A DNA stretch of 63,981 nucleotides, filler included, from Lenisia limosa (lineage: Eukaryota > Protista > Breviatea): the NCBI GenBank assembly GCA_001655205.1. It is 22 parts of 22 records of this genome, joined end to end, with 100 filler letters (N's around TTAATTAATTAA, not from the genome) between each part and the next. Parts side by side here need not be neighbours in the genome. Positions count along the whole stretch, not along the records: positions 22,596 to 25,214 come from LPNZ01004972.1; positions 25,315 to 27,662 come from LPNZ01002351.1; positions 27,763 to 33,866 come from LPNZ01000560.1; positions 33,967 to 35,305 come from LPNZ01002520.1; positions 35,406 to 44,362 come from LPNZ01009041.1; 17 more parts are not named here. The stretch is one strand, 5' to 3'. Below are positions 23,900 to 35,539 of this stretch, piece after piece. The position numbers and the translations under genes were made by a program. Under the pieces are notes generated by a model. That model saw only the letters and a list, made by a program, of their open reading frames with translations, was not told the DNA's origin and did not search any database. Numbering within the stretch: position 1 is the first letter of the stretch; the number at the start of each line of letters is the position of its first letter.

Positions 23900-24714
23900 C
23901 CTCAAATGACTCGGCATAAGTCTCAGCCCAGGTCACAGCCAGGGTCAAAATGTTGCCAGGGATGGATGAAATCGGAACAACCATATTAGGAACCTCGTCG
24001 AAATCTTGCGGGGTGAAATAAATGCTGGTGGTGAAATAAATGCTGGAGGTGAAATAAATGCTGGGGATGATAAATGTTGATAACTTGGAGGAAAAGGGGA
24101 GTGGGTAAACACGGTGACTGAAACAAAAAAAAGAGCCCAAATCAACCCTGTTGGCTAGCAACATTGATAACTGGACTGCTGTAAGCTCTAGTGTGAATGT
24201 AGCCATCTATACCACCACCATCAAGGTTTTATCGCCAAAGCCTCCCATACCCCAGCACATACACTGACCAGAATAAGTCTTGACTGATTTACTATGGATA
24301 TCCCTCGTGAAATTCGGTCAATACTTATCCCTGTCACTGTATGTAAAGGAGTTGAGAACAAAGAGGTTCACCCAAAAATGGTGTCTTCAGTCTAATGCCC
24401 AAATAACAAACCCCCGAATGAAAGACAGATATGGAGCAATTTATTTTCACATTTAGTTGACATCAATAGACACTTTGTGCCATCATAGTAGAGAATCATG
24501 CAGCCCAACGCTGAACAATATGGATGCCAAGTTGACAGAAATCATGGCCCCAAGCCCTTGTGTTGAACAATCTTTATTGATTGCAACCAGACAAATTAAC
24601 TCTGATAGCCCCCCAACCAGCAAGCATTCTCTTGAGGAAGCCAAAACATTGTGAGGCCTTCTCTGAGATGGGCACTTCAACTCCATCAGAGCCTTTTAGA
24701 GTCAGATCACTCAT
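23900..24714 (-). CDS. Divergent Skp1/BTB-POZ-like protein
   Basis: ATG at 24714 gives MSDLTLKGSDGVEVPISEKASQCFGFLKRMLA (compare Skp1 L.SSDG..F.V....A..S..IK.ML). A later exon VPISSIPGNILTLAVTWAETY resembles IPLPNV.G.IL.KVI.WC.HH. Internal exon structure is unresolved and the gene probably continues to about 22850. Confidence 0.5.
24012..24070. repeat. 18-bp tandem repeat x3
   Basis: Unit GTGAAATAAATGCTGG(T/A)G repeated three times. On the minus strand each unit contains CCAG|. Confidence 0.9.
24262..24339. mobile_element. Family B MITE, about 78 bp, Tc1/mariner-type ends
   Basis: TIR consensus CAGTGACCGGGATAAGTCTTGACCGATTT ... AAATCGGTCAAGACTTATCCCGGTCACTG with TA on both sides. Other copies at 14444, 20519-20590, 25878, 27401, 42375, 45500-45566, 49155-49230, 52787, 56176 and 61762. 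Confidence 0.88.
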
Positions 24715-25361
24715 TGCAGTGGGAGGTCTGTCACCAGGTTAGATTCCAAAAAGGGTTCGAAATAGTCAACAATGCCTTCAAATCCACGCAGAATAATAGT
24801 GAAGGGGCTCACAAAGGAGAGAGAAGACCGGTTGTTGATGATCCCGCTAATTTTTCACTAGTAACTTTAATTAAACTTGAAATCTGCTATCAAGTGCCAA
24901 GAGAGTTCCAAGAGAATTGCTTTTTGTTTGATTTTTTTTTTCAATCAATAAAGTACTTACACTGTAAATAATATAATAATGAAGAACTTTACATTAGTTA
25001 CACTAGCTTCACGTAAAACTATCATGCCATTTCTATGCTAATAAGTTTATTGTTCAGATAAAGTTCAGATATCATAAAATCATAAATATGTAAATAATAA
25101 ATCTAAAAATGTAACTGGTTTCTTTTGTTTCTTTTAATAATACGGGTTTCGAATTGTGATAGTATATGAATATGTATGATATGTGAGGAGGAATCTGTAA
25201 TCACGTGGAAATATNNNNNNNNNNNNNNNNNNNNNNNNNNNNNNNNNNNNNNNNNNNNTTAATTAATTAANNNNNNNNNNNNNNNNNNNNNNNNNNNNNN
25301 NNNNNNNNNNNNNNTTTCTTCTCATAAGTATTCCAATTTTTCATTTCCCCCACGCTCCATC

Positions 25362-26330
25362 TCTCACCCCTCCCCCCCAGACACTATCACGCTCACGGCG
25401 CTACTGCATAAGTCCTCAGCCGTCTCCTTTGATTTGACCAACCCCCTGCCCGAGCCGCAGCCCTTTGTCGCTGCCTTCACGCCCGAGTCGCCCTTCGACT
25501 TTACCGTGTTTCCCGAGGTGGGCTTGAGAGTGATATGAGAATAATTTCGCAAGCCCGTCCTAAATTTTGAGGATTAGATGCCACCAAAACCCCCTTAAGC
25601 CTCCAACGTTCTCACCCCCCAGAACGGTGTGCTGCCTGGTGTCAGTGAGACTCCCCAGGAACTAATTGTCACCTTCTCGCCCACGCAATACGGCAAGCCC
25701 CTCTCCGGCCGCCTCATTGTCGACACCCCTGAAATCCAGTGGATTTACGATATTAGAGGAAGCCCTCCTACCTACACTCCCCCCACCAAGTAAGTCCTTT
25801 ATTGAGGAACAAGAAAATAATATTAAATATAATCTAGGGATTCAAAAACAAATTTCTCCGAGGGGGGGGTGTGTTATTGGTCAAGGCTTATCCCGGTCAC
25901 TGTACATGTAGATTACGGCAGAGTTGATTTGAGGGGGGGGGGGNNNNNNNNNNNNNNNNNNNNNNNNNNNNNNNNNNNNNNNNNNNNNNNNNNNNNNNNN
26001 NNNNNNNNNNNNNNNNNNNNNNNNNNNNNNNNNNNNNNNNNNNNNNNNNNNNNNNNNNNNNNNNNNNNNNNNNNNNNNNNNNNNNNNNNNNNNNNNNNNN
26101 NNTGCATCCAAGGTGAGCCGATAGGGACCCTGTCCGACAAGAGACTTGATTCCACTACTCTGACAAATAGTGCATTTCTCCGTGTGTTGTGTATCAATAT
26201 GAATGACACATTTCCGTGTTCCTCATCTTCGTAGTCTCAGCCAAAGAAACCGAAAAACTACATTCTCGCCAATATCCGTCCATCTGGTGGGCTGGGGATA
26301 TGGTTTTGTATCATTACATTGACAAATATC
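25362..26330 (+). CDS. CFAP47: Cilia- and flagella-associated protein 47, C-terminal exons
   Basis: Spliced DTITLTALLHKSSAVSFDLTNPLPEPQPFVAAFTPESPFDFTVFPE|NGVLPGVSETPQELIVTFSPTQYGKPLSGRLIVDTPEIQWIYDIRGSPPTYTPPTK ... KNYILANIR matches the CFAP47 C-terminal pattern F.A.F...S..EF.V.P..G.L...F.P..YGK...L.I.T..QW.Y.I.G..P.Y.PP, recalled from memory. Confidence 0.8.
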
Positions 26331-28095
26331 ATATCATTGACGAGGCTTATACACTATTAGCTCAATATATCATTTGATAAGGAGTTGACATTTGTAGGAG
26401 CTCAAAGCCCTAACCTCCGCCCGTCCCCGCTCGAAGCTATTCCGGGTGGGAGGATATAGAATGTTCAGCTTCGACAATTTCCTTAAATCAATTTTCTAAA
26501 TTTTCTGTTTCTATTGCTCGAATCTTACGAGTTAGGCTCCCGACCTGGCACACGTAATTCCAACTCCTCCCCCTCCCTCCGATGATGATGAAGGTCTTTT
26601 GTACTTTATTTGTACCAATGTATTTGTATTATTTCCTGCCAGAAAGCAAAGCTGTGTGCACAGAGTTTTAAGGCACATTATAATCCAATATCTCTTACCA
26701 GCTTGATGGTGTGTATGGCTTCGGCCAGGTACATCTTTATTTATCATATAATTGCTGAATTATATGAGATATGATAGTATCCTTCCAGGGATGGAATATA
26801 ATCGATTTGGAACGCCAATATTCATGTGTTCCAAATACGACGATCACTTCGGGTAAGAGTATCTTCAATTCATTCTTTGATTTTTAAGAAACATGCAAAA
26901 CTTGAATCATCAAAGAAAAGACACGCACACATTGTTCGTAAAGCAGCCGAATGAATTTGTTCAGGATATCCTGAGAATTGTGGATTGCTGGGAGTAGTAT
27001 GCAGAAATAAAGGGAGAATCTGGACGGTTGTAACAGTTTGCTGGAATTACATTACAGGTATGACAAAACGGTGTGTAGTGATGTGTGTGTGGGGGGATGT
27101 GTGTGTGAAGAATAGAAACCATAAGAAAAGGCGATCTAGAGATCCGAACTCAGAATGCGACGTCATCATCATCTGACAAGAGCTGCTGCAACACGTCATC
27201 GTTGTCCGCGACCGTCCCATTGAAATCCCCCATAAACTAGGGCGTCAAGAGGGTCACAATGCGATTATAATCAAAAAGGGGAAGCAAGGAGTATGAAATT
27301 CGCAAAAGAGAAGAAAACTACACTGAACCCCCTCTGCTCCCAGGTTATTGTGCTGCTAATTGTTGGGCTTTTACAGCATTGAGTTCCTTGTTATAACATA
27401 CAGTGACCGGGATAAGTCTTGACAGATTTGATATGATTTCTCAAGGAAAACTTATCCCGATCAATAATATATATGATCTGAGGCTGTTTATTTCAACACA
27501 TGCTCCTTACAATAGCGATTTTCCAGTGAAAACCCAGGCCGCATACCAACGAAGCGTTCATGCTGAACTGCTGCGGTTTTGGAGGCGCAACACTAAAGAC
27601 GGATGTGGGGTTGCCGGCGAGGGGGGTCAGCAGGAACTCATTATGCGCCTGGGGGGGGGGGGNNNNNNNNNNNNNNNNNNNNNNNNNNNNNNNNNNNNNN
27701 NNNNNNTTAATTAATTAANNNNNNNNNNNNNNNNNNNNNNNNNNNNNNNNNNNNNNNNNNNNACTGGGAGAGAACTTATTTTGAATTGAAAATTGGTGAA
27801 AATGAACGCTTTGTCAAAAAAAAGAATGTTGCAACCAGAAATAGAACAAGAACAAGCAAAATATGTTTTTCAAAAACAAGTGATTCATAGTTTTGTCCCT
27901 GATTCACTGTTTTGTCCCGTCTCAGCTTCATTTAAATACTCTAAATACTAAATATAAACCCCCCAGTGTCATTTTGATTCATCATTTTGGTTGGACGGGG
28001 GGGGGGGGTCAGTCCCCTGGGTTTTGTTGAGTTTCGAGTTTTCGAAGACCAAAAGTTTTGATTTTTTAACAACAACTTATTTTTTTGACTCAATT

Positions 28096-29630
28096 ATGGG
28101 AGAGTACTGGCCTTCAGGGCTAAATGCAGTATCATTAGAGTGTTTACATGTGCCAATGGAGTCCCTTCATCAGCTCTGTGACACTTATGATCTTGAGAAA
28201 AAGGGTATGATTAGTTTTGTTTGTTTTCAATGTGCCACTTAATTTTCTGTTTTACTTCATATCAGGAGAGATAGCTGAAGTACAACTGAGATTACAGAAT
28301 TTTCTGTTTTCTTTAGGGATAGTTGACGAGGCGAAGGTGAAGTCTTTCTTTGGAGCACTTCAAGCTGCCGATAAGCCTGTAGTTTGTGAAAAGCTTGGAT
28401 GGAAAGAGGTTTGCTTTAGGAATCAGTCTGACGTATAAGAACTCAATCTTCACTTTCCTCAGGAGGACACTCCAGAGCTAGCAAACGCTGTATTTGAGGC
28501 AGGATGCCGTGGGGTTGCTCTTGCCTTTGATGCCTTTCCTGAAGGAGGACTTGTAGGCTGTTCTACTTTGATAAGGTTTTTTTCAGTTTCTCTTTAAGTG
28601 AGTACTGTTAAATATTTTAATACTTTAGGCATCGCTCTTCCAGCAAGCACCAATGAACAGACAGAAGTTTGATTTGGTGTTTGACCTTGTGCATGCCCAT
28701 TTGGTGGAAGCTGTTGAGGAGGACCAGCCTGTTGAAACTGGGAAACTAGAGGAGGATGAAACTACACGGGCACTCAAGCGGAATCGAGGTTAGATGATTT
28801 TGCTAATGTATCCTCTAACCTTTCAGAAGAAGCTTCAGAGAAATTGCCATCAGGTAGGATGTCTGATTTTTTTTTTTTTTTTCATCTCATAGGATTTGAA
28901 ACAGTTCAAGGGTTCCAACCTTCAGAGTCACATGATGTACCAAATGTAGCAACAGACCAAGCCCCACCTTCTGGTTCACATCCTTCATTGTACACGGGTT
29001 GGGTGTTGAGCAGAACAGCGGCTGGCTCTCTCCACAATGTCCCTGTTCTCTGCACACCAAACTCACAAGGAGGCTGGACTATTTTGCGATCTCTTGATCC
29101 TGCTTTCTCTTTTGACCCCCCGCCACAGCAGCAGCACGTAAGTTAAGCAGCTCTGACCACATTATTTTTTTCAGTCAAACCCATCCTACAACCCAACGAC
29201 TTCGTTCTCCCAACCTTTAACACAGTCGCAACAATCTCAGTTCATGCCATCACAAAATCAAAACTTTGGACAAGTATGCCGTTTTCAATTACTAACATCA
29301 CAGTATTCTCAATCAATCCAGCACACAGACTTCAATAGTTCCATTCAAAGTACGGTATTTTTTTTTCCTTTTTTTTCAGACTCATTTTTCTCTGACATTG
29401 TTTAGTGAATACGGAAGAAATGAACACGACAGCAATCGAAGCCTCCTCACCCAATGAAGTTATCACCCCACAGTAGCATGGTATAATGTACATTCCAAAA
29501 TCCATGAAGAAATATTGCAATATTTTTGAGACATTCAGCTAGAGGAGATCTGATGGGCCATACTGTTGCTCCCACATTAACCGGACGACCTCCGCACCGA
29601 GAGTTTGTCCCGGAATCATTGTTGCCTAAG
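28096..29630 (+). CDS. Hypothetical multi-exon protein
   Basis: ATG at 28096 gives MGEYWPSGLNAVSLECLHVPMESLHQLCDTYDLEKK|GEIAEVQLRLQNFLFSLG..., followed by several consistent GT-AG exons. One segment (ELANAVFEAGCRGVAL) is weakly SAM-like. Confidence 0.55.
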
Positions 29631-29779
29631 GGTGAGTGAGGTGGGGTCATACAATACATATCTGACGGAGTTTTGCTTGACGGATTTTCAATAGTCCATG
29701 GAATTCATAGGGGGCTTCCCAGGGACTATTTGTAATAATAATAAAAAAGGTAACCAACAAGAAAATAGCTCTGGAGGGG

Positions 29780-32700
29780 AGCCCACTATTTGGACCTGTT
29801 GAAAAAGGAAATATTGATCTAGGTTTGTAAGGGAGGTGGGATCAAAACAAAAACAAACGCTTTTGGTGAGCACTGAAACGTTGGATTCCAGAACCTTTCT
29901 AGTTGTCCAACCAAAACTTTCTTGTACGTTGTTTCTTTGAACAAATGCGTGACTAGTATAGGCCTCATATAGGGTTGAAAAACATGAGGGATATCAGCAA
30001 TATCAGCGACAAAGGTAGCCTTGAGTTAACATTCATCTTTTACCTTTATCTTTTTGAAAATGTTCATAAAAATGGGAAGGTTTTGGAGCATTGATACAAA
30101 TGTTGCTGAATGCTTAGATAATTATAATAATAGCCAAGCAAACCCATTGGTACTTTGAGATAAGCCCTGAAGATAAAATGAAGTTGAGACCGTTCTATTT
30201 GTAAGGTGGGTGGGAAGGTCGGGTTAACAAACATGCTTTTTGATCATTTGTAAAGCTGCTTCAAAAGCTTTTTTCTGATGTTCGCAGTCATCCCATAAAA
30301 AAAGGCCACATTGTTGATTGATATGTAATATCTTCATAAAGAAAAATAATCACTTTTGCATCCAAATTGACACCAATATTTAAGAGAGATGTCATGACAA
30401 TTGTGGGTTCGTTAATTTTCTGAGAGAGCATATCTACCATGAAGACAATGAAATACCTGTCCAAGATTCATCATTAAAACGTCCTACCATCAAAAGTGTA
30501 CATGGCATTTCAATGGCTATTCCAATGTAATATTCTGATATTACCTACTTTTGTTCAAGTCCTTGGGCAATCGAAGAGAGCAACATTGTACATTCAAGGA
30601 CGAGATATAAAGTCCAATACCTTGTAACCTCTGAAATTCAAGAGAGAGAACCCTTTTTCTTTTTATTTGGGTTTTCCTCTGAGTACTTTTAAAGCAAGCT
30701 GTAGAGTGGCAAATAGAGGGCTACAACAGATTAAAACAAACTCCTTCTTACCAAGTATGTTAGATCAAGAGAAGGATCAAGTGTTATCATCAACTGGTCT
30801 CTCACAATTGCAAACCGTTTGAGTAAAAATATGCTGGAAAGTACAAAGAGCAAAAAGTGCAAAAGATAGAGCTAGAATGTCAACAGATGCAAATATTCAA
30901 ATACCTCAAGATGAAGACTAATATCTTTAATTGGAACTTCAATCGGCCACTGTGCACGTGGCGTTGAAATCTGACTAACAATGCAGTAATTTTGTTTGTT
31001 ACACAGGCCTGTTGCTGAGTGAATTTCTTCTTCTGTTTGCCATATTGCTTCTTTCATAATACCATTATGCCATGTAATTGGGTTATTAGTCTGAGCACAC
31101 AGAGGACATAACAATTCCATATTATTCTCTTCAAAAGATCCTGTCTTTGTGGGTAACACACAAAAGTAAACTCACAAAAGGAAACTCTTTTGTTGTTGTA
31201 TCAGACCCAAAGATCTGCTTGGTAGAAGCATTAAATAACCTCACTGTGAACGTTCTGGAAGAGTTGATCTAAATATTCAGGAATTGCAGCAATAGGTTGC
31301 TTACCAAATTTACAAGGAAATCAGAGTAAAGCGGTTTATCTACAAAAAATCCACAAAAAAAGATATGATCTTGAAAGCCAGTTGGAGAACTGTTAAGTAA
31401 ACAAAAAATCTCTCATACAGTAAAGATTCATGCAAAAAGGTAACAACAGACATTCTACCATCAATAATTGGGGTCGGTCCCACAGGAACCTTGAAAATTA
31501 ATGGTTACACATCATAGGCTACGCTATATCTGGCAGTACATACATTATATAATACATATCATATCATATATATCATATACATACTACAGGTACAGCATAT
31601 GATATGATATATCTACTATTATATTCCTTCATATATGTGACATCATATACTAATATATTAATATATCTACTCTGGGGGGAGGGGGGGGAGTGACGAACTT
31701 TTGAGCACAGAGCAGAAATTATAACAACGTTATAGCTAATACAAGTATTAGACTTATCATAAAATCAGCTGCTGAGCAAAAGCGGTTATTCCTTTTAAGT
31801 TTGCTTTAAGCAGAACAGTTTTTAAATTACTAGCAGTTTACATAATAATATGATTAACCCATCACCAACAATCTCATCAACTGAGAGTATCTGGTTCTTG
31901 TATTCATTGCTTCCTAAGTCTAATTTAAATCCAATGGAGCTGAAAGGTTAGTTGAACACGCATACAATCCTGATGTTGCTCTGAGCGTTCCATTAAAGTC
32001 CCTCCTGAGAAAAATAATAACTTGGTTCAGCTAGAGAATAATTATGGTCAAAATTCAAACATTGTTGCTCGAGTCAAAAAACAAATTGCAAAATGGTTTA
32101 CATGAGGTATCTTCTGGAATACCATATCGCAACATAATTTCATTAACCTATGTTGTTTTACACGAAAACTCCCACTTGCCCTTCAATCTGGAGATCATAT
32201 TGAGTAATCTCAATCAAAGCAGAGGAGTCGCCTTGATCTAGCACTCCATTATAATGTGCTTGCTCATGATAACTCCTAAGACTTTTGGAAAATTGAATTG
32301 TTAACTGAATTTTCAACAATAATGAACTTACATTCATGATAGATTCTGAATTAATATGCAAATTGCCATTTAGAGCAGCATCCAATGTGGCTTGTGAACA
32401 GCTCTCCAATTTTTCAACCCGCTTCAAAGTCACATCTAACAGTCGTCTACTCGCCACTACTGTGTAATGCACGGTGACTCCTCACATATTCCATTAAGCC
32501 CCACTAAATGAACAAGAGAGTGCCTTTCTTGAATTAAACCACAGGAGTCTGAGGGTGTGTTGTAGCCTAAAAAGAAAGAACTCTGTCAATCCCCTCTGAC
32601 AAACCTAAGTACAGATTCGTCAATGCGAGGGATAATAACACAAAAAGAAAGAGAACTCCAAAAAGTAAACTGGACAACTTGAGGATGCCCATCATTCCTT

Positions 32701-33160
32701 CAGTCTCTTTATTTTCTGCTATCTCACTATTCTAAACATGTCAAGTCAATCATTGGACTAACCACTCGATCCCCAGAATAATGAAGCAGTTGTCCTGAAG
32801 AATGCAGATCTTGGGACCATTTACCTGAATTAATATTGATATAACCAGGGAAATTTGCCTACCCATTAGGTGCACATTAAGTACTCGCTGTGCCTGTGAT
32901 TGGTGTAGCAATTGTTTATTGGGAGACACACTACCTACAACTGTTAATCTTTCTAAAAATGTATTAGCAAACAAGTACAAGTTATGATTAATGAATGTAT
33001 TCAAAATTCCGAGAATCCACCAATTTGATGGTCCCACCTCCCCCACCAGGATCAGAGCCATCAGGGCTCAGAAGACGATTTATGTCAATATGAAGGGAAG
33101 GGGGTGGTTTCCACTTCTGGCAATGATCGGTTGGTTGAGGAAGAGAAGAATAATAGGCCA
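29780..33160 (-). pseudogene. Decayed, intron-containing KDZ (Kyakuja-Dileera-Zisupton)-like transposase
   Basis: Degenerate motifs in KDZ order: LVGLNGI (CxC2-like), ELLCPLCAQTNNPITW (compare CPACPQPG.N.P..W), TVAD-x-FQLK (DGNF.LK, frameshifted), LDPSL, PKDLNKSR (GDL.KGE), NIG/CQF (YDI.CQ), APKPSHFYEH (PKFH..AH) and SFGWTT..LE (G.G.TDGE..E). Many stops and frameshifts. Confidence 0.58.
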
Positions 33161-33789
33161 TTTGGTTTTAACCTTATTTTCTGACAGCAAAACTAGAATG
33201 TTCAATCTAATTGTTTAAGGATTACGATTGTGGATGATACAAATGATATTTCCATTTCTTATATAAACTTTTGTTCATTTCATCAAACTTGCCTAAATAG
33301 GCAATGAGTGGTTATACTTTTCCTAGATCACCTCTGGATCTTTTCCGCGATCTTTCGGTCTCATTTTGAGTACCAGCTTTTTCGGCTTCTTAATCGAAAC
33401 AGCTTCCCTATCGTCAGTTCGTTCAAAGCTAAACGAGTCCTGTCTGAAGACATGTATGAGAGAACAGGGCATTATTGGCTGAACAAGAAAAGCATTCCCA
33501 TTTTTTACGGCTTTAGATTTGAATCCATTTCCAAGAAGGTTTCTGATGTTTCTGTCTTATTGGTTTTCTAAGTCGAAATGTGACAGATTCCCGTGATTAA
33601 TGGTAACGATTTCTCTCGTTTCTGGAACTATATTCCTCCCTTATGGCAAATCTTGACAAAAGTGGAACTTTTTTTTTTCCACACAGAAAGTGACGAGACA
33701 TCGATATTTGTGTAATTCTCGCAAAACCTTGAAACCCTTTTTTTTTGTGATTATGCTCTTTGTTGGAGAATATATGATATATATATAGT

Positions 33790-33843
33790 CAAAATGCGGA
33801 TCACTAGACAAAATGCGGATCAGTGGACAAAATGCGGATCACT
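33790..33843. repeat. 20-bp tandem repeat x3
   Basis: CAAAATGCGGATCACTAGA, CAAAATGCGGATCAGTGGA and CAAAATGCGGATCACT occur in tandem at the contig end. Confidence 0.9.
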
Positions 33844-34024
33844 TTTTTTGGGACTGTTCTTAAAATNNNNNNNNNNNNNNNNNNNNNNNNNNNNNNNNNN
33901 NNNNNNNNNNTTAATTAATTAANNNNNNNNNNNNNNNNNNNNNNNNNNNNNNNNNNNNNNNNNNNNTCCGTGGGGTATAGTCATCTAGTCCTGGGAGTGT
34001 CTCTCATTATTATTGCTATCAAAC

Positions 34025-34094
34025 TAAAAACAGCCCACCCCTCCAACCTGCTGGAGTGCCTAAAAACAGCCCCCCCTCCAACCTGCTGGAGTGC
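34025..34094. repeat. 35-36 bp tandem duplication spanning a splice donor
   Basis: TAAAAACAGCCC(A)CCCCTCCAACCTGCTGGAGTGC occurs twice. Confidence 0.9.
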
Positions 34095-34600
34095 TGACAT
34101 TCTCCCTTCAGCAATTTCACGTCTTTTGCGCTCACGCTCAGCTGGAGTATCTGTCCACTCCGATCTGCGGTGTTACATAGTCAAAACTAGTAGCCAAGTG
34201 AAACATTGGCACTATATTTGTTATTATTATACATGTTAGTACCCCCCCCCCTCCCCGACCCCAATAATCCGGCCGCGTACCTATCTGCATCTGCTGCCAT
34301 GGCAACTTCCTTCTGAAGGAATTTTCGGTTCTTTTGTCCGTCGAATACCATGCCAACTACGGGGTTAAAAACAAAGTACTGGAGTAATAAAAAACTGTGC
34401 TGAAGTGATAAAAATAAAGAACTGAAGTGATAAAAAACTGTACTGAAGCAGACGACAGTTCCATGGATTTTGCTTTAAATCCCAATGTATTTATTGGTTT
34501 GTCTGGATTTTTAATGTTTATTATTTTTTGCTTAAAGAATCTTCACCACTACCTCGCCCCTCACAGTCTCTTTCAGTCGGCAATTTGACCATCCAATCTT
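34085..34600 (-). CDS. GPALPP1: GPALPP motifs-containing protein 1 (DUF3752 family), internal exons
   Basis: Spliced QKREDWMVKLPTERD | GMVFDGQKNRKFLQKEVAMAADADR|SEWTDTPAERERKRREIAEG matches the family motifs RE.WM..LP and DRS.WTDTP.DRERK. Confidence 0.85.
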
Positions 34601-35539
34601 CGCGTTTTTGCTGAATAAGTCAGATACCATAAAACATATAGATATAGTGAACGTTGTAAAAAAGCCCTGACCGATATGCACCAGGGAAAAATAGGTCAAG
34701 ACTAATCACGAGTAGTGCAGTTAAACAATCTTTGATCTGTCAGACTGACAAATATTATAAGAGATCTGGCCGAAGCCGTCCACACCATCAANNNNNNNNN
34801 NNNNNNNNNNNNNNNNNNNNNNNNNNNNNNNNNNNNNNNNNNNNNNNNNNNNNNNNNNNNNNNNNNNNNNNNNNNNNNACACTTTGCCTTACAGCTCGTT
34901 AATGTATAAATCAAAGATAAAAAGAAAAGGCTCAAGACTTACCACGGTCACATACTTGGGCGCTTTCATTAACATTAATATCTCACAACAGCTTACTTCT
35001 TCGTCAGGATTCTTGAAAGAGGTGATTTTAGACACGATTGGCGCGTTCCTATCATAGACCCTGATGATGTGAATTTGTTATTTTGCACAATTGCCCTAAA
35101 AGCCTTCAGTTGCACCATATCCACCCAAATATTTGACACTCCGCCCTCCTCTCAGAAGCCAATAAAAAGTCCAAACTTCTCCCACTTTGGACCGTTGAAA
35201 GGATCGTCCTCAATGACATGGTTCTCTCCAAACTGCGGCGGCCTGGGGGGGAGGGGGACTTAGTAAAATTGGAAAATAGTAAAATTGGAAAATTTATGAA
35301 ACAAANNNNNNNNNNNNNNNNNNNNNNNNNNNNNNNNNNNNNNNNNNNNTTAATTAATTAANNNNNNNNNNNNNNNNNNNNNNNNNNNNNNNNNNNNNNN
35401 NNNNNTGTTTTTTTCTTTCTCATTGCTATATATAGTATACTATAATATGAATGATATATATACATCACATGTATATGCATATACTATATATATAATACAT
35501 ATAAAGTATATCATATATTATATATATAATAATATATTA

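Noticed and set aside
26803-26834. 9-bp inverted repeat ATTTGGAAC...GTTCCAAAT
   Set aside because: Short, AT-rich and single-copy, so compatible with chance.
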